The position numbers and the translations under genes are program-made. Below, in pieces: positions 1-8,782 of a stretch of DNA of 64,000 bases. The stretch comes from Thermoanaerobaculia bacterium. Lineage in GTDB: Bacteria > Acidobacteriota > Thermoanaerobaculia > Gp7-AA8. Location: NCBI GenBank assembly GCA_041671505.1, contig JBAZBK010000001.1, positions 5,582 through 69,581 on the forward strand, written 5' to 3'. The first letter of the stretch is position 1. The number at the start of each line of letters is the position of its first letter. Under the pieces are notes generated by a model, which saw nothing but the letters and a program-made list of their open reading frames with translations, had not been told where the DNA came from and did no database searches.

Positions 1-1
1 C

Positions 2-1198
2 CGCTCACTCCTCGTCGAGACGAAGGACAAGCCCCTCCCACTCGACGAGCACGAGGACGTCCATTCGTTCGTCGAATCGGCGCTCGCCGCGAAGGTCGGA
101 AAGCTCGCGAAGAAGCTCCACACCGGCCGGTCGCGCAACGACCAGGTCGCGACCGACCTCCGCCTCTGGCTCGCCGACGCGACGCTCGAGGCGACGTCGC
201 ACGTCGCGGCGCTCGCGAAGACGCTCGTCACGCTCGCGAAGAACGAGGCGGCCACGCCGATGCCCGGCTACACCCACCTCAAGCAGGCGGAGCCGGTGAC
301 CTTCGGCCACTGGTGCCTCGCCTACGTCGAGATGCTTTTCCGCGACGCCGACCGGCTCGTCGCGGCGTTCGCCCGCGGCGACGAGTGTCCGTTAGGCAGC
401 GGCGCGCTCGCCGGCTCCCCCGTCGACGTCGACCGCGACGCCCTCGCCGCCGCGCTCGGCTTTTCCAGGCCGACGGCGAACTCGCTCGACGCCGTCTCCG
501 ACCGGGACATGGCAGCCGACTACCTCTACGCCTCGACGCTGATGCTGACTCACCTGTCGCGGCTCTCCGAAGACCTGATCTTCTACTCGTCGGACGAGGT
601 CGGCTACGTCGAGCTTCCCGACGCGATGGCGACCGGCTCGTCGCGCATGCCGCAGAAGAAGAATCCCGACGTGCTCGAGCTCCTGCGCGGCCACGCCGGC
701 CGCGCGATCGGCGAGACGACCGGATTCCTCGCATTGCTCAAGGGGCTCCCGCTCGCGTACGACAAGGATCTGCAGCTCGACAAGGAGCCGCTCTTCCGGA
801 TGCGCGACACGATCGACGCCGCGCTCCCCGCGCTCGAGGCGCTCGTCGCCGGCCTCGCGCTGAACCGCGACCGGATGCGCGCCGCCGCGTCGAGCGACCT
901 TCTCCTCGCGACCGCGGTCGCCGACGCGCTCGCAGCGCGCGGCATCGCGTTCCGCGAGGCGCACGACATCGTCGGGAAACGGATCGCCGAGGCGATCGCG
1001 AAGAAGAAGACGCTGAAGGAGCTGGGACCGGGAGGCGGGATCACCGCCGACGATCTCAAGGCACTCGACCCGTCGCGCTCGGTCGCGGCGAAGAAGGCGA
1101 TCGGCGGCACCTCGCCGAAGCGAGTCCGCAGCGCGGCCGCAGCAGCCGCGAAGCGGGCAGACGCGCTCGCAAAGCTGGTCACGAAGGAGATCCACTGA
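2..1198 (+). CDS. argH: argininosuccinate lyase, 5'-partial (continues upstream of window)
   Basis: Frame-2 translation from base 2 contains the fumarate-lyase signature TGRSRNDQVATDLRLW, with GSSxMPQKKNPD downstream. The ORF listed from 260 is an internal Met only. The stop overlaps the argJ start (TGATG). Confidence 0.85.
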   Translation, partial: RSLLVETKDKPLPLDEHEDVHSFVESALAAKVGKLAKKLHTGRSRNDQVATDLRLWLADATLEATSHVAALAKTLVTLAKNEAATPMPGYTHLKQAEPVTFGHWCLAYVEMLFRDADRLVAAFARGDECPLGSGALAGSPVDVDRDALAAALGFSRPTANSLDAVSDRDMAADYLYASTLMLTHLSRLSEDLIFYSSDEVGYVELPDAMATGSSRMPQKKNPDVLELLRGHAGRAIGETTGFLALLKGLPLAYDKDLQLDKEPLFRMRDTIDAALPALEALVAGLALNRDRMRAAASSDLLLATAVADALAARGIAFREAHDIVGKRIAEAIAKKKTLKELGPGGGITADDLKALDPSRSVAAKKAIGGTSPKRVRSAAAAAAKRADALAKLVTKEIH

Positions 1199-2379
1199 TG
1201 AAACTGCCGAAGGGCTTCGCGGCCTCCGGGATCCGGTCGGGGATCCGGAAGAAGCGACCCGATCTCGCCCTGATCGTCGCGGAGACGGGGGCGAACGCGG
1301 CTGCGATCTTCACGACGAACCGCATCGTCGCGGCTCCCGTCACGATCTCGAAGGCGTCGCTCAAGGCGAGCGGAGGCCGCGTCAAAGCCGTCGTCGTCAA
1401 CGCAGGCTGCGCGAACGCCGTGACCGGCAAGGAAGGTCACGACGCCGCGAAGCGCGTTCAGGCAAGAGCCGCCGAGCTTCTCGGATGCCCGAAGGACGAG
1501 GTGCAGATCGCCTCGACGGGCGTCATCGGCGTGCTCCTCCCCGACGCGAAGGTGCGGACGTTCCTTCCCGACGCGATCGCCCGACTCTCCTCCGGCGGAA
1601 TCGACGCCGCGTCGCACGCGATCCTCACGACCGACGTCGGCCCGAAGGTCGCGCAGGCGAGCTTCGCCTGGAATGGCGGGCGCGCGCGCGTCGTCGGCAT
1701 CGCCAAGGGCGCAGGCATGATCCACCCGAACATGGCGACGATGCTCTCGTTCGTGATGACCGACGCACCGGCGACTCCGGCGTTCCTCAAGTCGGCGCTC
1801 GTCGAAGCGGCGTCGACATCGTTCAACGCGATCTCCGTCGACGGCGACACGTCGACCAACGACACTGTGCTCCTGATGGCGTCCGGCGCCGCCGGCGGCG
1901 CGGCGATGAAGGGTGGCGCCGAGAGCAAGGCGTTCGTCGACGCGCTCACCAAGGTCTGCCGCGATCTCGCCTGGATGATCGTCCGCGACGGCGAAGGCGC
2001 CACCCGCGTGATGGAGATCGAGGTAAGCGGGGCGAAGAGCGACAAGGACGCGAAGCTCGCCGCGCACGCGATCGCAACCTCGCCGCTGGTCAAGACCGCG
2101 CTGCACGGCGGCGACCCTAACTGGGGCCGCATTCTGGCCGCCGTCGGCCGGAGCGGAGCGCGCTTCAATCCAAAGCAGGTTTCGCTGAAGTTAGGCCCGA
2201 TCACGCTCGTGCAGGACGGTCAGCCTTGCGCCTACAAGGAAAGGGATGCCGCGAAGGTCGTCTCCCGCGAGCGGGTTCCGGTTCTCGTGTCACTCGGTTC
2301 GGGCCCCGGCAAGGCGATGATCATGTCGTCTGATCTCGGCCACGACTACGTCTCGCTGAATGCGGACTACAGGAGTTAG
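1198..2379 (+). CDS. argJ: bifunctional glutamate N-acetyltransferase / amino-acid acetyltransferase (ornithine acetyltransferase)
   Basis: MKLPKGF...VNAGCANAVTG...ATMLSFVMTDA...TSTND motifs are typical of ArgJ. The start overlaps the argH stop. The longer ORF 313..2379 is an N-terminal artefact in the argH frame region. Confidence 0.9.
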   Translation: MKLPKGFAASGIRSGIRKKRPDLALIVAETGANAAAIFTTNRIVAAPVTISKASLKASGGRVKAVVVNAGCANAVTGKEGHDAAKRVQARAAELLGCPKDEVQIASTGVIGVLLPDAKVRTFLPDAIARLSSGGIDAASHAILTTDVGPKVAQASFAWNGGRARVVGIAKGAGMIHPNMATMLSFVMTDAPATPAFLKSALVEAASTSFNAISVDGDTSTNDTVLLMASGAAGGAAMKGGAESKAFVDALTKVCRDLAWMIVRDGEGATRVMEIEVSGAKSDKDAKLAAHAIATSPLVKTALHGGDPNWGRILAAVGRSGARFNPKQVSLKLGPITLVQDGQPCAYKERDAAKVVSRERVPVLVSLGSGPGKAMIMSSDLGHDYVSLNADYRS

Positions 2380-2383
2380 GCGA

Positions 2384-2515
2384 AAGGCAGGCCAGAGGCC
2401 AAAGGCCAAAGCAGGCAATGATGTGGCGCAGACACTCCTGTCTGCGCGCGGCGCGAAGCGCCGCATGATTCTTAGCAACGGCCCTCGGCCGTTGCGCGAA
2501 GGCCGGAGGCCTTCG
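2384..2515. terminator. Cluster of four GC-rich hairpins in a convergent intergenic gap (argJ on +, GH3 gene on -)
   Basis: Successive perfect inverted repeats gcgcagaca/tgtctgcgc, gcggcgc/gcgccgc, gcaacggcc/ggccgttgc and cgaaggcc/ggccttcg, preceded by aggcc/aaagg repeats. Probably a bidirectional terminator or REP-like region. Confidence 0.4.
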
Positions 2516-4111
2516 CTACAGGAGCACCTCGCGCCAGCCGGTCTCTGGGCGCAGGCACGATGCTTTGACCGCTCCGAGGAGTTGTCCGCGGTGCGCGAGC
2601 TCGGCGACCACCGCACGGTGCGCACCCTCACCAACCTGCACCACCTCGACCGCAGCGAGCTGTCCCAGCTTCCGCGCCCAGTCGTAGTGCGGATTCGCCG
2701 AGAGCTCGCGCTCGAGACGCTGCGCGATTCCCTCCGGCAGCGATGCGCGCGCATCGACGAAAAGCACGTACCCCGCGGCCGCATCCGACCGCTCCGGCGC
2801 GAGCATCGCGAACTCAGGCATTCTCTCGTCGCCACCGAATGCGGCGGCGAGCGCCGACGCGACGAAGCCTTCGCTCAGCTTCTCGCCGCAGAGGTCAGAG
2901 ATCCGGTCCTCTTTCCCGACGAAGCGGATCGATGGGGTATTCGAGACGAATCCATCGACGCGCACCAGGTCGTGAAGGCGGTAGCGGTAGAGCCCACCCG
3001 AGGTCGTGACGACCACGGAGTAGGTCTCCCCTTCCCGCGCCTCCTCGACGCCACGTACTTCGCCTCCGGCGTCGACCATCTCGATGAAGTGGCTCCCGAT
3101 CGCGATCGGCCTCGCCCCTCCGAACGGCAGCGAGACGATCGCCTCCGTCGCGACGAGTCCCTTCGGCACGATCGGCGTCGCCGGAATGAGCCGACGCAGC
3201 GCCGCCACGGCGCCCGCCGCCTGCCCGTCCGCCCAGCAGCTGATGCAACCGAGCCTCGGCCACACGCTCTCCGGCCGCGCCGGATCGGCCGCCTCGAGAC
3301 TCCGCGCGAGCGCGCGATCACCGCGCATGACGATCGCCGCGTCGGCGCCCTCGAGACCCGGCACCCGCACGCCATCCGCAACTGCGCGTAGCAGATCGCC
3401 CCATCGCTCCGCCATGAAACTGCAGAGCAGCTCGAGGAACGACGGATGCCACACGGAAACGACGCGCAGCTCCCTCGCGCGGAGCAGGAAGAGGAGCGTT
3501 GCCATTCTGAAGTCGTCGACGTTTTCGACGTGACGCACCGACGATGGCACGGCGAGCGACGCCCTAACCAGTCTCCTCGACCAGAATCCGAGGTATGCGG
3601 AGTCGTCGTCGAAGCCGACCGGCACTGCGCCCGCTTCGTTCGACTCGGGGATCGCCGGAGAGATCGCCCAGTACGACGGGCCGCGCAGCAGGTCGCGGTT
3701 CCCGCGGAACATGTCGGAGATCCATGCGCCGATCGCACGCTGAAACTCGCGGCGGAGCGACGGCGTGAACGGGATCAGCTTCCGCGCCGCGGTGCTGCCC
3801 GAGCTCGGAACCAACCTCTCCACCGCGTCGGCAGTGAGCACCCGCTGTTCACCGGCCCGAATCCGCTCGACGTACGCGACGTAGTCGTCGTAGCTCGAAA
3901 GCGGCACGCGCTCGCGATAGTCGGACACCGAACGGATCCCGGCAAAACCCATTGCGCGCCCGAATGCCGTCCCTTCGTTGCGCCTCACGATTCGCTCTAG
4001 CAACGCGGCCTGCTCCCGCGCCGGATCGTCGAGGGCGCGGCGCAGCGCGCCAGCGTCTTTCCGGCACGACCGTTCCCACGCAAGGTTCGCGAGGAACGCG
4101 CTCGCCTTCAC
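2516..4111 (-). CDS. GH3-family acyl-acid amido synthetase (adenylate-forming, amino-acid conjugating)
   Basis: 531 aa. Contains the GH3 motif-I-like SSGSTAARKLIPFT plus further GH3-like blocks. Its start ATG overlaps the stop of the upstream acyltransferase gene. Confidence 0.8.
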   Translation of the reverse strand: MKASAFLANLAWERSCRKDAGALRRALDDPAREQAALLERIVRRNEGTAFGRAMGFAGIRSVSDYRERVPLSSYDDYVAYVERIRAGEQRVLTADAVERLVPSSGSTAARKLIPFTPSLRREFQRAIGAWISDMFRGNRDLLRGPSYWAISPAIPESNEAGAVPVGFDDDSAYLGFWSRRLVRASLAVPSSVRHVENVDDFRMATLLFLLRARELRVVSVWHPSFLELLCSFMAERWGDLLRAVADGVRVPGLEGADAAIVMRGDRALARSLEAADPARPESVWPRLGCISCWADGQAAGAVAALRRLIPATPIVPKGLVATEAIVSLPFGGARPIAIGSHFIEMVDAGGEVRGVEEAREGETYSVVVTTSGGLYRYRLHDLVRVDGFVSNTPSIRFVGKEDRISDLCGEKLSEGFVASALAAAFGGDERMPEFAMLAPERSDAAAGYVLFVDARASLPEGIAQRLERELSANPHYDWARKLGQLAAVEVVQVGEGAHRAVVAELAHRGQLLGAVKASCLRPETGWREVLL

Positions 4112-4848
4112 GCGCCTCTCCGCCCGGAGCCCGCCGTTTCAGGAGCGATCGCGCCGCTGACCATCCGCCAGCCGGCGCGCGTGAGGTTGGCGGCCGAGAT
4201 CTCCGTCAGACAGACGAGCTCGTCCCCATCGGCGTGCCCGGGATTGCGCTCGAGGAAGAAGGCGACGTGCGGGTCGTGCAGCCTACCGACGGCGAGCTCG
4301 CGAAGGTGCGGCCGCAGGCGCGCCGGCTCGCGGAACCTGACGATCCCCGCCGCGGAATCGTATTCGTCGCCTAACAACGGACCCGCGAGCGCGTCGATCC
4401 GTCTCGCCGTCTCCGGTGGCGTCTCCGCGTCGAAGCACGGATGGAAGGAGCGCCAGAAGAGCGGCAGGTATCGGTAGGTGCGAAATCCCGACGTCAGCAG
4501 CAGCCAGAAGATCCGCGACGTCGACGCGCCCGACTGCAGCTCGAGGATCGACGCGATCCAACTTCGTGCGAGCGCCGGACTGCCCCAGTGCGACGGATCG
4601 ACGATCGTGTCACCGGAGTAGACGATCGAGACCCGCTCGCCTTCGAGCTCCGTCACGTAGAAGAGAATCGTCGAGAAGCCCGCGAGCGTTCCGTCAGCGT
4701 CCCGGAGCAGGAGGACCCAGTTCTTCCCACCGAGGTCGAGCTCGAACCTCGCACGGGAGACGTTCTCGAAATGCGCGTCGATCAGCGCGTACATCTCGCC
4801 GACGACTTCGGGCGCGAGCGCGCTGCGTGCGGTGAGCGTTCCGATCAC
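4108..4848 (-). CDS. GNAT-fold N-acyltransferase, N-acyl amino acid synthase-like
   Basis: The conserved C-terminal 247 aa (VIGTLTARS...FYVTELEGERVSIVYSGDTIVDP...) lies behind a GTGA start/stop overlap with the upstream gene at 4845-4848. The 506-aa ORF listed (to 5628) has an Arg-rich N-terminal extension that overlaps the neighbouring gene and is judged artefactual. An alternative ATG start is at 4794. Confidence 0.55.
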   Translation of the reverse strand: MIGTLTARSALAPEVVGEMYALIDAHFENVSRARFELDLGGKNWVLLLRDADGTLAGFSTILFYVTELEGERVSIVYSGDTIVDPSHWGSPALARSWIASILELQSGASTSRIFWLLLTSGFRTYRYLPLFWRSFHPCFDAETPPETARRIDALAGPLLGDEYDSAAGIVRFREPARLRPHLRELAVGRLHDPHVAFFLERNPGHADGDELVCLTEISAANLTRAGWRMVSGAIAPETAGSGRRGA

Positions 4849-5951
4849 AGCGTCGCCACCTCCACGTGCAGCGGCCGGGCATCGAGCCCCGTCGATTCCT
4901 CTCCGTCGTAGAGCACTCCGTAGAGAATGCTCCCGAGGATGCGGGCGCGCAATCGGTTCCGCAGCGCCGGAACGAGCGGCCGGCTCTCCGCGAGGCCAAG
5001 AACGAGCAGCTCGAGCTTCCGCGCCACAGCCGTGTTTCTGATCCGGTCGATCAGCGCGATCGCGACGGCCGGATCGTCGTCGATCACCGCGAAGTGAGAG
5101 ATCGTGGCGATGCGCAGTCTCTCGCCGACCGCCGGCAGCCTCGGTTGGCCCGTCATCGAATACCAGGCGTTCGCGATGCCCCGCACGCGCCCTAACCATG
5201 GCGCATAGCCGCGCACGACGCTCTGCCGATATTCCGACTGGTCCCAAAGCGCCGCGCCGCCGACGATCACACCCTCGCGCATTGCGACGACGAAATCGTC
5301 GAGCGACAAATCGCGTGTGGCCTCGTTCGACAGCAGATCGCCCTCGGTCCAGACGGGCGCGAGCTGATACGCGCGGTATTGCGCTTGAAGAAACGACGCG
5401 ATCGGCGCGGCGCCCACTGCAGCACCTCGCTCGATTGTCAGACCGGAGGGCGCGCTCGAGGCGCGTCTCGAAGCGACCGGGACGAGCAGCGTCCGGAACC
5501 CGCCGAGCGGAACGTAACGCGGAAGGCCACGTACGCCTCGCTCGAGAAAGCGCCGCGCCGTCGCGTTGTCCGCCATGATGCTCGTGTAGTCGAAGGGGAG
5601 CTCGTCGTCGAGACGCGACGCGCGGCACGCTGCGAATCCCGCCTCGATCGTGTGTCTGATCGAAGCCGCCGCGCGCTCCGAGCGAAGCTGCCCGAGGTAA
5701 CCGACTCTCGCCAGACTGCCGTTCACCCAGACTCGGCGCACCGCTCTGCTGCAGAGCCCCGTCACCGCTCCATCGGCTTCTCGTGCGACGAAGACATGGT
5801 GCCGCTCACCCTCGACGGTCGCGGAGAGCGCCGCATCGGGCTCGCGCTCGAAGGTGAGTCGGATGTCACCTTCCATCGGCGTGCGGCGCAGCAGCGCGCG
5901 CACCGCCGCGTCGTCTTCGGGGGTCGCCCGCTCAAGCACCCGTCGCGGCAT
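4845..5951 (-). CDS. GNAT-domain protein with C-terminal domain of unknown function
   Basis: 368 aa. The N-terminal roughly 170 aa show GNAT features (TPEDDAAVRALL..., ...ADNATARRFLERG). It overlaps the downstream gene by 4 nt and the upstream radical SAM gene by 20 nt, so the genes are translationally coupled. Confidence 0.5.
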   Translation of the reverse strand: MPRRVLERATPEDDAAVRALLRRTPMEGDIRLTFEREPDAALSATVEGERHHVFVAREADGAVTGLCSRAVRRVWVNGSLARVGYLGQLRSERAAASIRHTIEAGFAACRASRLDDELPFDYTSIMADNATARRFLERGVRGLPRYVPLGGFRTLLVPVASRRASSAPSGLTIERGAAVGAAPIASFLQAQYRAYQLAPVWTEGDLLSNEATRDLSLDDFVVAMREGVIVGGAALWDQSEYRQSVVRGYAPWLGRVRGIANAWYSMTGQPRLPAVGERLRIATISHFAVIDDDPAVAIALIDRIRNTAVARKLELLVLGLAESRPLVPALRNRLRARILGSILYGVLYDGEESTGLDARPLHVEVATL

Positions 5952-7335
5952 GGGCCATCACGCTCCCCCGAGGCAGCAGCTCGCCGGGCCAGCTCTCGTC
6001 TCCCATCGGCAGGCCGTTGCGCCCCGAGACGTCGCGTTGATGCAGCGTGTTCGCGACGAGGAACGTCGCAAGCATCCGCGGATTGCGAAGATGCACCGGG
6101 TGCCGCATCCGCTGGACGATGCTCGGCCACGAGTAGAAGTCGCGCCGCGCTTCGAGGCAGAGCGCCGCGAGCTCCTTCGGCTCGAGCCGCTTCGGCAGGA
6201 ACGGCACGTCGTTGTACCTGTATCGCGCGTCGAGCCACCACGCGTCGTGCAGCAGCCTCCCCTCGGTCGCGAGCCTCGCGTAGAGCGGCGTCCCGGGAAA
6301 CGGCGTGATGTGATTGAACGCCGCGATGAAGAGCGCCTGGTCGCGCGCGAACCTGACCGTCTCCCGGATCGACTCCGGCGTGTCCTGGTCGTAGCCGAAG
6401 ACGAAGGTCCCGTAGGTCCGCAGGCCGAAGCGATGAAGATTCGCGATCGCCGCCGCCGCGCCGCCGCGCATCAGGTTGAACCCCTTGTTCATCGTGCGGA
6501 GCGTTTCGGGGTCGAGCGACTCGAGGCCGACGAGTACTCCCTGGCAGCCGCTCCGCCGCATCAGCTCGAGCGCTTCCTCGTCGTGCGCGACGTGGATCGC
6601 CGTCTGGCTGACCCATCGCACTTTGAGAGGAATCAACGCGCGCATGAACTCCTTCGCCGCGTCGAGCTCGCACGTCATGTTGTCGTCGACGAAGAAGATC
6701 ATCTTCCCCGACGCGCGCACTTCTTCGACCTGGGCTAGCACGCTGTCGAGCGAGTGGACCGCATGCGTCGCGTTGTGGAACGACTGCACCGCGCAGAACT
6801 CGCACTTGAACTTGCAGCCGCGCGCGAACTCGATGAGGTGGATAGGCAGGTAGTTCTTCCCGCGATAGATCGAGCGCAACGGCCTAACCGATCCCGCGAG
6901 CGATCCCGTCCCCGCGTATGCGTCTGCCGCGTTTCCGCGGCGGTAGTCGTCGATGACCTGGCGGAACGTCGTCTCTGCGTCGCCCGTCACGATCGTCTCG
7001 CAGTGCGCGCGGACCTCCGACGGGCAGAGCGTCGCGTGGTAGCCCCCCATCACCACGGGGACTCCCCGCTTCCTGTACTCGCTCGCGATCTGATAGGCGC
7101 GGCGCGCCGTGTAGGTCTCGACGCTGATCGCGACGAGGTCGGTCGGCGCGTCGAACGGGACCTTCTCCATCCGGTCGTCGTAGAAGCGCACATCGACATC
7201 GGGCGACGCGAGCGCGGCGAGATTCGCCGCGGGAAGCGGCTCCATCTGCCACGTACGGATGTAGCCGCGCATCCCCACCCTCCGGCCGACGCAGGGATGG
7301 ACGATCGTCAGCCGGAAGCGCTCACGCGATCTCAC
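5932..7335 (-). CDS. B12-binding radical SAM enzyme (class B), paralog 2
   Basis: 467 aa. Rossmann-like N-terminal cobalamin-binding region, a CKFKCEFC CxxxCxxC cluster motif, and end-to-end similarity to the upstream paralog. Overlaps the upstream gene by 14 nt. Confidence 0.85.
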   Translation of the reverse strand: MRSRERFRLTIVHPCVGRRVGMRGYIRTWQMEPLPAANLAALASPDVDVRFYDDRMEKVPFDAPTDLVAISVETYTARRAYQIASEYRKRGVPVVMGGYHATLCPSEVRAHCETIVTGDAETTFRQVIDDYRRGNAADAYAGTGSLAGSVRPLRSIYRGKNYLPIHLIEFARGCKFKCEFCAVQSFHNATHAVHSLDSVLAQVEEVRASGKMIFFVDDNMTCELDAAKEFMRALIPLKVRWVSQTAIHVAHDEEALELMRRSGCQGVLVGLESLDPETLRTMNKGFNLMRGGAAAAIANLHRFGLRTYGTFVFGYDQDTPESIRETVRFARDQALFIAAFNHITPFPGTPLYARLATEGRLLHDAWWLDARYRYNDVPFLPKRLEPKELAALCLEARRDFYSWPSIVQRMRHPVHLRNPRMLATFLVANTLHQRDVSGRNGLPMGDESWPGELLPRGSVMAHAATGA

Positions 7336-8680
7336 GCGCCGCCTCGTCGCTCCGCCCCAGCGGAGCCGGAATCATCGCGTCGCACGTGTACATGCGATCG
7401 AGGTGATAGGCGTAGTAGCGGTAGCCGAAGTTCGTGCCGAGTGCCGTCATCCAGGGCGCGGCGGTCCGTCGCAGGCGCGACCACATCCCCGGCAGGCTGT
7501 AGGCGTGCTTCCACGCGAGCTCGGTGCCGCGCTGCAGCTCCGCCGCGGTCATCAGCGCCGGGCGGAAGACGACGTGCTGCCCGTCGTAGAGGCTCCAGTC
7601 GCGCGTCGTGATGCGCCCCTGCGCGTCGAGGTCGCGATGCAGCGGCGTCGCCGGGAACGGCGTCACGATCGCAAAGCGCGGAAGATCGATGCCTGCGCTC
7701 ACCGCGAGCTTCGCGGTCTTCAGGAAGACGTCGGGGCCGTCGTCGTCCAACCCGAAGACAAAGCAGCCCTGCAGCGCGATGCGATGCCGGTGCAGTTTCT
7801 CGACGACCTCCGCGTAGTTGCCCGGAACGTTGAATCCCTTTCCCGTCTGCCGCAGCGACACCGGCGAGAGCGATTCGAGTCCCATGAGCAATCCCCGACA
7901 GCCGCTGCGCGCCGCGAGCGCGAGAAGTGGCGCGTCGTCGCAGAGGAGCGTCGTCGCCAGTCCGTACCATGCGATCCGCAGAGGGACGAGCGCCTCGAAC
8001 AATTCGGCCGCGTACTCCTTGTCGGCGATGATGTTGAGGTCGACGAAGATCGCGTGCTTCGCGCGGCGCCGGCGGATGTCTTCGACGATCGCCTCGACCG
8101 GCTTCTGGTAGGGCTTTCGTCCCCACGCCGTCGGCACGACGCAGAAGCTGCAGTTGTGGATGCAGCCGCGCGTCGCCTCGAAGACGTTCGCGGTGAGGTA
8201 GCGACCCTCGGGCAAAACCGAGCGATCGGGAAGCGGATAGCCGGTCAGTGTGAGATCCGGCCGCTGGTCGTAACGGCTCTTCATCGCCCCGGCCGCGAAG
8301 TCTCGCAGCAGCTGCGGCCAGCTCTCCTCCGCGTAGCCGACGACGATCGCGTCGGCGTTCGGCGCCGCGTCGTCGGGGACGAGCGTGACGTGAGGCCCCC
8401 CGAGGACGACGGGGATGCCGCGAGCGCGAAACTCCGCGGCGAGCTCGTAGGCGCGCATCGCGGTTCCGGTGATCACCGTCATCCCGACGAGATCGACGTC
8501 GATCGAGGTGTCGACGTCCTGAATCCCCTCGTCGAAGCAGACGACGCTCGCGTCGAGCTCGGGAGGGACCAGCGCAGTGAGCGTCGGGAGCGTCAGCGGC
8601 ATGTAGCGCAGCGACTTCCTGAAGATGCCCTTCCGATAGCGGTAGAGCGGTCCCTTGGGTGAGATTAGTGCGATTCGCAT
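7322..8680 (-). CDS. B12-binding radical SAM enzyme (class B), paralog 1
   Basis: 452 aa. MRIALISP... B12-binding N-terminus and an ATRGCIHNCSFC radical SAM motif. Confidence 0.85.
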   Translation of the reverse strand: MRIALISPKGPLYRYRKGIFRKSLRYMPLTLPTLTALVPPELDASVVCFDEGIQDVDTSIDVDLVGMTVITGTAMRAYELAAEFRARGIPVVLGGPHVTLVPDDAAPNADAIVVGYAEESWPQLLRDFAAGAMKSRYDQRPDLTLTGYPLPDRSVLPEGRYLTANVFEATRGCIHNCSFCVVPTAWGRKPYQKPVEAIVEDIRRRRAKHAIFVDLNIIADKEYAAELFEALVPLRIAWYGLATTLLCDDAPLLALAARSGCRGLLMGLESLSPVSLRQTGKGFNVPGNYAEVVEKLHRHRIALQGCFVFGLDDDGPDVFLKTAKLAVSAGIDLPRFAIVTPFPATPLHRDLDAQGRITTRDWSLYDGQHVVFRPALMTAAELQRGTELAWKHAYSLPGMWSRLRRTAAPWMTALGTNFGYRYYAYHLDRMYTCDAMIPAPLGRSDEAAREIA

Positions 8681-8782
8681 CGTGTGCGCTCTAGGTTTTC
8701 GCGGTGACTCGAGATTCGATGACCATCATAAGGCGCGGCGAGGGGACTCCCTTCCCGCGGCGCCGTAATGGTGACGAAGGTT

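Noticed and set aside
279-2204. Several long antisense or out-of-frame ORFs (279..734 -, 392..1195 -, 604..2106 -, 1458..2204 -, 1485..2120 +) overlapping argH/argJ
   Set aside because: Arg/Ala/Gly-rich low-complexity translations typical of stop-codon-poor high-GC DNA. The sense-strand genes have clear conserved motifs.
4849-5628. N-terminal 260 codons of ORF 4108..5628
   Set aside because: The extension is Arg-rich, overlaps the upstream GNAT gene in another frame, and conserved sequence starts only near 4848 (GTGA overlap).
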